From Halobacteriaceae archaeon (GTDB taxonomy: Archaea > Halobacteriota > Halobacteria > Halobacteriales > Halobacteriaceae), in the NCBI GenBank assembly GCA_042216675.1, contig JBDGTS010000040.1, positions 1 to 12,544 on the forward strand: 12,544 bases of DNA, written 5' to 3'. Each line of letters begins with the position of its first letter. Positions within the stretch are counted from its first letter, which is position 1. Shown piece by piece: positions 1 to 7,106 of the stretch. The position numbers and the translations under genes were made by a program. The notes beneath the pieces are model-generated. The model was given only the letters and a program-made list of their open reading frames with translations, was not told where the DNA came from and searched no databases.

Positions 1-1263
1 GTGAAGTCCTTCGAGGGCACGCGCTCGAACAACTGGACGAAGGGCAACCCCTGTCTGTCGGGGGACATCCTCGGCGCCTGGCGCGAGGAGGCCATCTGGC
101 GGGCCGCGGACCGCAGCCACCTCCGGCTCTACGCGACGCCACACGAGACCGACCACCGGCTGTACACCCTGTTGCACGACCCACAGTACCGGACCGGAAT
201 CGCGCGACAGAACGTCGGCTACAATCAGCCGCCGTGGCCGAGTTTCTTCTTGGGGCACGGGATGGCGGCCCCGCCGAACCCCGACATCAAGACGTCCTTC
301 GAGCCGGCCGGCCACGACCGACTCGCCGAAATCTCGGCGAGCGAGACCGATGCGACCCTCTGTGACACCATCGACTTCGAGGCTGTGGACCAGACGAAGG
401 GCAACACGATTCGGTCGCTGTCGTGGGAGTTGGGCGACGGCACGACTGTGAGTGGCCGGTCGGTCAGTCACTCCTACGACGAACTGGGGGTGTACTCGGT
501 CGAGCTGACCGCGACGGTCGCCAACGGGGAGACGACGGACTTCGAGACGATAACGGTCGCGGAGTTGGACCCCATCGCGCGGGCCGTGGCGAGTGCGACC
601 CGCGTCGACATGGGCGAGTCCATCGACTTCGAGGCGGAGGACATCTCCGGCGAGGAGTATTCGATTGCCTCCCTCACGTGGGACTTCGACGACGGCACGA
701 CGGCGACTGGGTGGTCGGCGACCCACACCTACGACGAACCCGGCGAGTACGCCGTCACCCTGAACGCCACCGCCGAAACCGGTTGCACGTCGTCCTACAC
801 CGTGCCGGTCACGGTGGAGGTCGCGGCGGGCACCTACCGGCTGACCGCGAGACACACCGCCGACGACAAGGTGGTCGAAGTGGCAGACGGCTCGACGGCC
901 GACGGCGCGAACGTCCAGCAGGGCGTCTGGGAGGGCGCCGACTACCAGCGCTGGACGGTGACGGAACTCGAAGACGGCGTCTACCGAATCGAGAACGTCA
1001 ACAGCGGGCTGGTGATGGAAGCGGAAGACGGCGCCTCGCGGGGCGGGAACGTCGTCCAAGCCGCGTGGGAAGGGAAGGACTACCAGAAGTGGAAACTCGT
1101 GCCCGTCTCCAGCGGGCACTGTAGTCTCCGGCCCCTGCACGCCGCCCCCGACCTCGCGGCGGACGTCTTCGGCGTGAGCACCGAAGACGGGGCCACTATC
1201 GGCATCTGGAGCACGAGCAACAACGACAATCAGCAGTTCGCGTTCCTCGATCCGTCGGCCTGA
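1..1263 (+). CDS. 5'-truncated PL11 rhamnogalacturonan lyase (YesW/YesX family) C-terminus + 2 PKD domains + ricin-B/CBM13-like lectin domain
   Basis: aa 1-97 match the PL11 C-terminal signature (SNNxTKGNP, GDILGxWREE, RLYTLLHDPQYR, QNVGYNQPP..SFFLG). PKD cores WELGDGT and WDFDDGT are each followed by HxYxxxGxYxVxL. The ricin trefoil has QRW/QKW/QQF repeats (aa ~274-417). The GTG at position 1 is internal, so the true start lies upstream of the window. Confidence 0.88.
   Translation: MKSFEGTRSNNWTKGNPCLSGDILGAWREEAIWRAADRSHLRLYATPHETDHRLYTLLHDPQYRTGIARQNVGYNQPPWPSFFLGHGMAAPPNPDIKTSFEPAGHDRLAEISASETDATLCDTIDFEAVDQTKGNTIRSLSWELGDGTTVSGRSVSHSYDELGVYSVELTATVANGETTDFETITVAELDPIARAVASATRVDMGESIDFEAEDISGEEYSIASLTWDFDDGTTATGWSATHTYDEPGEYAVTLNATAETGCTSSYTVPVTVEVAAGTYRLTARHTADDKVVEVADGSTADGANVQQGVWEGADYQRWTVTELEDGVYRIENVNSGLVMEAEDGASRGGNVVQAAWEGKDYQKWKLVPVSSGHCSLRPLHAAPDLAADVFGVSTEDGATIGIWSTSNNDNQQFAFLDPSA
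322..819 (+). repeat. Two tandem PKD domain repeats (approx. 322-564 and 571-819) within the PL11 gene
   Basis: The translated units align: IDFEA/IDFEA, SLSWELGDGTT/SLTWDFDDGTT, SHSYDELGVYSVELT/THTYDEPGEYAVTLN. DNA identity is visible, e.g. ccatcgacttcgaggc occurs in both. Confidence 0.85.
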
Positions 1264-1317
1264 CTCGGGCCGGTCGCGGTGCGGGGCCGCGAACGGAGAC
1301 GCGCGCTCGATTGACCG

Positions 1318-1620
1318 CTAAATCATCCGGTACACTTCGTCCATCCAGACGTCCTCCTCGTCTTCGAGGATGGGGGCCATCACCTCGTCCCAGTCGGCTT
1401 GCGCCTCGCTCTCGGCCTGCACTTCCTTGATGACCTCGGGGTTCTCGACTTCCATGTAGCCGAAGACGTGGCCATCCTTCTCGAAGACGCTGTACGTTTC
1501 GAGGCCCGCGCCGGAGTCGAGATAGGCGCGTTCGAGGGCCTCGGGCACGTCCTCGTGTTCCTCGCGGTACTCCTCGCGTTTCCCCTCCGTAATCTGGAGG
1601 TGGAAGGCGATTCGCTCCAT
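1318..1620 (-). CDS. rhaM: L-rhamnose mutarotase (100 aa)
   Basis: MERIAFHLQITEGKREEYREEH..V, YSVFE..GHVFGYME, QADWDEVMAP and MDEVY match the RhaM/YiiL pattern (EYxxxH, YS[IV]F, W..xM). The ATG at 1620 was chosen over the ORF-track start at 1686 because homology starts there and a TTTT box lies at -28 to -31. Confidence 0.85.
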   Translation of the reverse strand: MERIAFHLQITEGKREEYREEHEDVPEALERAYLDSGAGLETYSVFEKDGHVFGYMEVENPEVIKEVQAESEAQADWDEVMAPILEDEEDVWMDEVYRMI

Positions 1621-1646
1621 GCGCTCGGGGCTTCGGGAGCGGTCAG

Positions 1647-1660
1647 CAAAACCCTTCCCC
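1647..1660 (-). promoter_or_regulatory. Putative BRE/TATA element of leaderless rhaM transcript
   Basis: The minus strand reads GGGGAAGGGTTTTG. The T-run lies 28-31 nt upstream of ATG 1620, typical haloarchaeal leaderless spacing. Confidence 0.5.
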
Positions 1661-1677
1661 CACCGACGCTTCCGACT

Positions 1678-1692
1678 CGGAAACATTTAACT
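1678..1692 (+). promoter_or_regulatory. Putative BRE/TATA element of the dehydratase-LLM operon
   Basis: CGGAAACATTTAACT: a purine-rich BRE-like stretch followed by TTTAA at 1686-1690, the most AT-rich patch in the intergenic region, about 36-40 nt before ATG 1726. Confidence 0.55.
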
Positions 1693-1725
1693 GGCTGTTC
1701 GTCGCGGTTCGTAACAGAGCAACCG

Positions 1726-2931
1726 ATGCAGATTACAGACGTCAGCACGACAAAAATCAGCAACGAGTCGTGGGGCGAGTTCATCGAGTTCCCCCTCGTC
1801 ACCATCATGAACAAGTGGGAGGAGTATCGCAACGTCGACGGCGAGAACCCGCAGGCCCGCCGCAAGTGGATGGGGCCGGTGGGCGACGTCGTCGTCGAAG
1901 TCGAGACTGACGCCGGCATCACGGGCGTCGGCGTCGGCAACTGGGGCTCCGGCGCCATCGCAACCGTCGTCGAGGAGACGCTCTCGAAGATCGTCGAGGG
2001 CGAGGACCCGCACAAGCGCGAACAGCTGTGGGAGCAGATGTACCGCGCGACGCTCCCCTTCGGCCGGAAGGGCGTCGCCGTGATGGCAATCAGCGCCGTC
2101 GACCAGGCACTCTGGGACATCGCGGGCAAGGACGCGGGCAAGCCCGTCTACGAACTGCTGGGCGGCCCCACAAAGGACGAGATTCCCGCCTACGCCTCGA
2201 ACCTCCATCCCGTCGACATGGAGAAACTGGAGCGCGAGGCCATTCAGTACGTCGAGGAGGGCTTCGACGCGATGAAGCTCCGCTTCCTCCACGGCCCCGA
2301 GGCGGGCCGCTCGGGGAGGAAGAAGAACGAAGAAATCGTCAAGACGGTTCGCGACGCCGTCGGCGACGACATCGAAATCGCGGCCGACGCCTACATGGGC
2401 TGGTCCGTGAAGTACGCGAAGAAGATGGTCAAGCGCCTCGAACCGTACGACATGGCGTGGGTCGAGGAGCCGGTCATCGCCGACGACATCTCCGGCTACG
2501 CCGAGGTCCGCGAGGCCGCGCCGATGCCCATCTCCGGCGGCGAACACGAGTTCACCCGCTGGGGCCACGAGGACCTCCTCGAGGAGGGCGCCGTCGACAT
2601 CCTCCAGCCGGACGTGGGCCGCGTCGGCGGCATCACGGAGATGCAGAAGGTCGCCGACATGGCGGAAGTCCACGACGTGCCGGTCATCCCCCACGCCGGC
2701 ACGAACCCGACGCTCCACGCCATCGCGGGGCACACCAATATGCCGATGGCCGAGTACTTCCCGACCCCGGAGTGGTTCGAGGAGCGACAGGAGGAACAGG
2801 AGTCGACCTACGCCGACGCCATCTTCGAGAACCCGCCGTCACCCGAAGACGGGTCCATCCCGCTCCCCGACGAACCCGGTGTCAGCACGCAACTGAACCA
2901 CGACGCCCTCGAACACTTCGCGGTCGAGTAA
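1726..2931 (+). CDS. rhmD: Mandelate racemase/enolase-superfamily acid-sugar dehydratase, probably L-rhamnonate dehydratase (401 aa)
   Basis: VVVEVETDAGITGVG, YRATLPFGRKG..AISAVDQALWDIAGK, metal ligands DAYM / EEP / GEHE, and QPD plus PHAG (His-Asp dyad). The GRKG and GEHE motifs plus divergence from rhaM favour rhamnonate as substrate. The real start is MQITDV at 1726; the extension to 1399 is antisense to rhaM. Confidence 0.78.
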   Translation: MQITDVSTTKISNESWGEFIEFPLVTIMNKWEEYRNVDGENPQARRKWMGPVGDVVVEVETDAGITGVGVGNWGSGAIATVVEETLSKIVEGEDPHKREQLWEQMYRATLPFGRKGVAVMAISAVDQALWDIAGKDAGKPVYELLGGPTKDEIPAYASNLHPVDMEKLEREAIQYVEEGFDAMKLRFLHGPEAGRSGRKKNEEIVKTVRDAVGDDIEIAADAYMGWSVKYAKKMVKRLEPYDMAWVEEPVIADDISGYAEVREAAPMPISGGEHEFTRWGHEDLLEEGAVDILQPDVGRVGGITEMQKVADMAEVHDVPVIPHAGTNPTLHAIAGHTNMPMAEYFPTPEWFEERQEEQESTYADAIFENPPSPEDGSIPLPDEPGVSTQLNHDALEHFAVE

Positions 2932-2932
2932 C

Positions 2933-3976
2933 ATGAGCCAGAGCCACGACCTCAGCTTCGAGTACAACGTTCCCGTCTTCGCTGGCGCGCCGGACGAGGG
3001 CGAGGACGAACCGGTGCACCGCGACACGCCCAACTACGAGGCCCTCGACTGGGAGACGACGAAGGAGGGCATCCTCAAAGCCGAGGAACTCGGCTTCGAC
3101 GCCGCGTGGGCGCCCGACCACCTGATGCTCGGCCGCGACAACGCCGAGTACGAGGTGTGGACGCTCCTCTCGGCGATGGCCGGCTTCACCGACGACATCA
3201 ACATCGGGTCGCTGGTGATGTGCAACGACTACCGGAACCCCGCGCTCCTCGGGAAGATGGCGGCCACCCTCGACGTCATCTCGGAGGGCCGCCTCGAACT
3301 CGGCATGGGTGCCGGCTGGCACGAACCCGAGTACGACGCCTACGGCTGGGAGTACCGCGACGGCTTCGAGCGTCTGATGCGCCTCGACGAGTCCATCCGC
3401 CTCATGAAGCGGATGTGGGCCACGGACCCCGGCGAGAGCGCCTCCTTCGACGGCGACCGCTACCAGATCGAGGACGCCACCTGCACGCCCGGCCCGGTGC
3501 AGGACCCCCATCCCCCGATTCTCGTCGGCGGACAGGGCGAGGAAGTGACGCTCAAACTCGTCGCCAAGCACGCCGACTGCTGGAACACCGACGTGTTCAA
3601 CGGCGACGTGGAGACGCTGGAACACAAGATCAGCGTCATCGAGGACCACTGTGAGACGGTCGGCCGCGACCCCGACGAAATCGAGTACTCGTGGGACGGC
3701 CACGTCATCTGCACGCGCGACGAGGAGAAGTTCGACCGCCTGCTCGACCTGATGACGCCGATTCAGTTCGAGGAGGAGTATCAGGACCAGGCCCCCATCG
3801 AGACCGAGGAGGACGCCCGCGAGTACTTCATCATGGGCACCCCCGAAGAGTGCGCGGAGGCCATCCAGCGCCGCATCGACGCCGGCGTGACGAAGTTCCA
3901 GTTCTGGTTCGTCGACTTCCCGAGCCACGAGGGCATGGAACTGTTCGCGGACGAGGTCATCCCACAGTTCCGCTGA
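2933..3976 (+). CDS. LLM-class (luciferase-like) oxidoreductase, probably F420-dependent (347 aa)
   Basis: AEELGFDAAWAPDH, YRNPALLGKMAATLDVISEGRLELGMGAGW..EY, PPILVGGQGE..TLKLVAKHADCWN and C-terminal LFADEVIP. It starts 1 nt after the dehydratase stop (TAA-c-ATG). Confidence 0.85.
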   Translation: MSQSHDLSFEYNVPVFAGAPDEGEDEPVHRDTPNYEALDWETTKEGILKAEELGFDAAWAPDHLMLGRDNAEYEVWTLLSAMAGFTDDINIGSLVMCNDYRNPALLGKMAATLDVISEGRLELGMGAGWHEPEYDAYGWEYRDGFERLMRLDESIRLMKRMWATDPGESASFDGDRYQIEDATCTPGPVQDPHPPILVGGQGEEVTLKLVAKHADCWNTDVFNGDVETLEHKISVIEDHCETVGRDPDEIEYSWDGHVICTRDEEKFDRLLDLMTPIQFEEEYQDQAPIETEEDAREYFIMGTPEECAEAIQRRIDAGVTKFQFWFVDFPSHEGMELFADEVIPQFR

Positions 3977-3980
3977 CCTG

Positions 3981-3994
3981 AACGCAACCGTTTT
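3981..3994 (+). promoter_or_regulatory. Putative BRE/TATA element AACGCAACCGTTTT for the BNR_4 gene (T-tract may also terminate the upstream operon)
   Basis: TTTT at 3991-3994 is -28 to -25 from ATG 4019. A 13/14 identical copy precedes the GH28 gene. Confidence 0.55.
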
Positions 3995-4018
3995 CTCCCG
4001 GCCCGACTCGCTGTCTGT

Positions 4019-5269
4019 ATGCGACCGGCAACGACGACGCAGGTGACAGACGCCGTCGACGTCGGCGACGCGTGGGCGGGCCACGCCGTTGGGTTCGACG
4101 TGGCGACTCGCGACGGCCAGCAGTTCGTCGCGTACTACGACGCCGACAGGCGTCTCGTCGTGGCGCACCGCGCCCTCGGCGACGACGACTGGCAACGGAC
4201 CGAACTCCCCGAACGCGTGCCGTGGGACAGCCACAACGACCTCGCTCTCGCCGTCGACGCCGCCGGTCACCTCCACCTCAGTGGCAACATGCACGTCGAT
4301 CCGCTGACCTACTTCCACACGACCGACCCCCTCGACCCGACGACGTTCGAACGCGTCGAATCGCTCGTGGGGCGCGACGAGGACAGAGTGACCTACCCCC
4401 GTTTCCTCGACGGTCCCGACGGCCTCGTGTTCATGTATCGGGACGGCTCCAGCGGCGACGGGCGGCGCCTGCTGAACGCCTACGACCCCGACGACGGGTG
4501 GCGCCGCCTCCTCGACGTGCCCCTCCTCGACGGGCGGGACGGCGCCAACGCCTATCCCGCGGGACCGATCCGCGGTCCGGACGGCGACTTCCACCTGTTC
4601 TGGGTGTGGCGCGACACGCCCGACGCCGCGACGAATCACGACCTCTCCTACGCCCGGAGTGCGGACCTCCGCTCGTGGACCCGGGCGGACGGGCGCCCCC
4701 TCGACCTCCCGATTACGCCCGCCAACGACTGTCTCGTGGATCCGGTTCCCAGCGGCGGCGGCCTCCTCAACAGCAACGTCGCGCCCGGATTCGACGGCGA
4801 GGGGCGGCCGACGGTCACCTACCACAAACACGTCGGCGATTCGACGGAGGCGTTCGTGGCGCGACTGGAGGGCGACCGGTGGCGCGTCCGGCAGGTGAGC
4901 GACTGGGGCGAGCGCTGGGACTTCGGGGGCGGCGGCTCCTTGGAGGACCGCATCGTCGTGGACTCGGTGTGGCCGACGCCCGACGGCCTCGTCGGGACGT
5001 TCTGGCACGCCGCCCACGGTCCCGGGCGGTGGCTGCTCGACGCAGAGACGCTGGCGCCCGTTCGGACGGACGCGCCGTGGCACGGCCTGCCCGTGGAGTG
5101 GCGAACGCCCACAGAGGACCGCTTCGACGTGCAGTGGACCGTCGACGGCGAGTGGGCGCTCCGGTGGGAGGCGCTCCCCCCGAACCGGGACCGGCCCCGC
5201 GACGAGGTGCCGCCGCCGTCACGGCTCCGGGTCTGTCGGCTCGACCCTGCGCCGAGGCGACAGACGTAA
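4019..5269 (+). CDS. BNR_4-type beta-propeller protein, related to rhamnose-uronate lyases (PL24/PL42-like); no signal peptide (416 aa)
   Basis: QFVAYYD, WDSHN.LALAVD..GHLHLSGNMH, TYPRF, FMYRDGSSGDG, HLFWVWRDTPDAATNHDLSYARS.D..SW (Asp-box like). The family call rests on these motifs; the activity is inferred. Confidence 0.72.
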   Translation: MRPATTTQVTDAVDVGDAWAGHAVGFDVATRDGQQFVAYYDADRRLVVAHRALGDDDWQRTELPERVPWDSHNDLALAVDAAGHLHLSGNMHVDPLTYFHTTDPLDPTTFERVESLVGRDEDRVTYPRFLDGPDGLVFMYRDGSSGDGRRLLNAYDPDDGWRRLLDVPLLDGRDGANAYPAGPIRGPDGDFHLFWVWRDTPDAATNHDLSYARSADLRSWTRADGRPLDLPITPANDCLVDPVPSGGGLLNSNVAPGFDGEGRPTVTYHKHVGDSTEAFVARLEGDRWRVRQVSDWGERWDFGGGGSLEDRIVVDSVWPTPDGLVGTFWHAAHGPGRWLLDAETLAPVRTDAPWHGLPVEWRTPTEDRFDVQWTVDGEWALRWEALPPNRDRPRDEVPPPSRLRVCRLDPAPRRQT

Positions 5270-5294
5270 CTCGGGGCGTCGGCTACGAACGGCC

Positions 5295-7106
5295 GTGACA
5301 GAGCGGACAGACGGCGCCGTCCCCGACGTCGAGGCGTTCCGCGACGCGGTCGAATCGGTCGGTCGGCCCGTGGTGACTGCCGGCGACGTGGCGCGAGCGC
5401 TGGACTGCGACCACGACGCCGCGGAGGCGGCCCTCGCGGGCCTCGCCGACGGGCCGGACGTGGAGCGAATGGACGTGTCTCACGACCCCGTCGTCTACTA
5501 CACGACGGCGTGGGGCACCAGCGCCACCCGAGAGCGCGTCGTCGCCTTCCCCGACCGGCGGACCATCGTCGCGGACTATCCGACGCAGTTCACGCGCGCC
5601 CGCCTCTCGCAGTTCGCGCGCCTCGCCGACCGGAACGGCGAGGGCGGCTACGTCTACGAAATCGAGCGCGAAGACGTGTGGGCCGCGCCCTACGACGACG
5701 TGGACGCCCTCCTGACGACGGTGCGCGACGTGCTGGGTCGTCGCGCGGAGAGTCTCGAATCGTGGATCGAAGACCAGTGGCAACGCGCCCGCCTCTTTCG
5801 GCTGTTCACCCACGAGGACGGCTACACCGTGTTGGCGGCCGAGACGGACGAACTGATGGGCAACGTCGCCCGCGAGAAACTGGACGACGACCTGCTCCAC
5901 GGCCCCATCGACGACGACCGGAGTTGGGTCGTCGACGGCGCGGAGGCGGCCATCAAGCGGACGCTCTACGACGCGGGCTACCCGGTCAGCGACGAACGCG
6001 ACCTAGACGACGGCGACGAACTCGCCGTCACCCTCCGCCTGCAGTTGCGCGACTACCAGCAGGAGTGGGTCGAGCGCTTCCTCGACAGGGGGTCGGGGAC
6101 GCTCGTCGGCCCCGCGGGGTCGGGCAAGACGGTGGCGACGATGGGCATCATGGACGCCATCGGCGGCGAGACGCTGGTCCTCGTGCCGAGTCGGGACCTC
6201 GCCGACCAGTGGCGCGACGAACTCCTCCGGCACACGGACCTCGGACCCGAGGACGTCGGCGTCTACCACGGCGGCGCGAAGGAACTTCGGCCGGTCACCG
6301 TCGCCACCTACCAGATTGCGGGCATGGACCGCCACCGCTCGCTGTTCGACGCGCGGCGCTGGGGGCTCATCGTCTACGACGAGGCCCACCGCGTGCCGAG
6401 TCCGGTCCACCGCCTGAGCGCCGACTTACAGGGGATGCACCGCCTCGGCCTCACGTCGAGTCCGGTGCGCGAGGACGACAAGGAGGCCGACATCTACACC
6501 CTCGTCGGCCCCCCCATCGGGACGGACTGGGAGACGCTGTTCGAGGAGGGGTACGTCTCGCGCCCGTCCGTCGAGATTCGCTACGTGGGCTGGGCGGACG
6601 AGGACGCGAAGGACGAACACGGGCGCGCGACGGCCCACAGCGCCCGGCAGATCGCGGCGACGAACCCAGCCAAAGTCGGGGCCGTCGAGGACGTCCTCGC
6701 CGAGCATCCCGACGCGAAGTCCCTCGTCTTCGTCGAGTATCTCGACCAAGGCGAGGAACTGGCCGCGGCCCTCGACGCGCCGTTCATCAGCGGCGAGATG
6801 CCACACGCCCGACGCGCGTCGCTCTACGAGGCGTTCCGTGAGGGGCGCGAGCGAACGCTCGTCGTCTCCCGCGTCGGCGACGAGGGCATCGACTTGCCCG
6901 ACGCCGAACTCGCGGTGATGGCCTCGGGGCTGGGCGGGTCACGGCGACAGGGCACTCAACGCGCCGGGCGGACGATGCGCCCCGAGGGCGACGCCCGCGT
7001 CGTCGTGGTGGCGACGCGCGGCACCGTGGAGGAGGACTTCGCCCGCAAGCGGATGCGCCACCTCGCGGGCAAGGGCGTCGAAGTGAGAGAACGCGTCCTC
7101 GATTAG
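5295..7106 (+). CDS. rad25: Rad25/XPB-type SF2 DNA helicase with N-terminal HTH-like extension (603 aa)
   Basis: Q-motif LRDYQ, Walker A GPAGSGKT, DEAH box, LGLTSSP (motif III), REDDKE (RED motif of XPB), RVGDEGIDLP and motif VI QRAGRTMR. GTG start. Confidence 0.88.
   Translation: MTERTDGAVPDVEAFRDAVESVGRPVVTAGDVARALDCDHDAAEAALAGLADGPDVERMDVSHDPVVYYTTAWGTSATRERVVAFPDRRTIVADYPTQFTRARLSQFARLADRNGEGGYVYEIEREDVWAAPYDDVDALLTTVRDVLGRRAESLESWIEDQWQRARLFRLFTHEDGYTVLAAETDELMGNVAREKLDDDLLHGPIDDDRSWVVDGAEAAIKRTLYDAGYPVSDERDLDDGDELAVTLRLQLRDYQQEWVERFLDRGSGTLVGPAGSGKTVATMGIMDAIGGETLVLVPSRDLADQWRDELLRHTDLGPEDVGVYHGGAKELRPVTVATYQIAGMDRHRSLFDARRWGLIVYDEAHRVPSPVHRLSADLQGMHRLGLTSSPVREDDKEADIYTLVGPPIGTDWETLFEEGYVSRPSVEIRYVGWADEDAKDEHGRATAHSARQIAATNPAKVGAVEDVLAEHPDAKSLVFVEYLDQGEELAAALDAPFISGEMPHARRASLYEAFREGRERTLVVSRVGDEGIDLPDAELAVMASGLGGSRRQGTQRAGRTMRPEGDARVVVVATRGTVEEDFARKRMRHLAGKGVEVRERVLD

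Noticed and set aside
1274-1292. Hairpin TCGCGG-N7-CCGCGA between convergent PL11 and rhaM stops as a terminator
   Set aside because: It has only a 6-7 bp stem with no U-tract on either side, which is expected by chance at this GC content.
1399-1725. 109-aa N-terminal extension of the dehydratase in the ORF track
   Set aside because: It overlaps rhaM antisense and the promoter region. Enolase-superfamily homology starts at MQITDV (1726).
2882-5083. 733-aa minus-strand ORF (also 1687-2733 minus and 7298-8869 plus)
   Set aside because: These are antisense shadows of well-supported genes. Strong GC3 codon bias removes stops from the opposite strand, and the translations have no recognisable motifs.
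5510-6841. Arg/Pro-rich alternative-frame ORFs (also 2028-2936, 4072-5298, 6939-8306)
   Set aside because: These are same-strand off-frame products of high-GC coding DNA, and their composition is incompatible with haloarchaeal proteins.
4019-7106. BNR_4 protein plus helicase as a novel defence or DNA-modification system
   Set aside because: The helicase has ordinary XPB/Rad25 features with no nuclease or methyltransferase partner, and the BNR_4 gene shares its promoter motif and context with carbohydrate genes.
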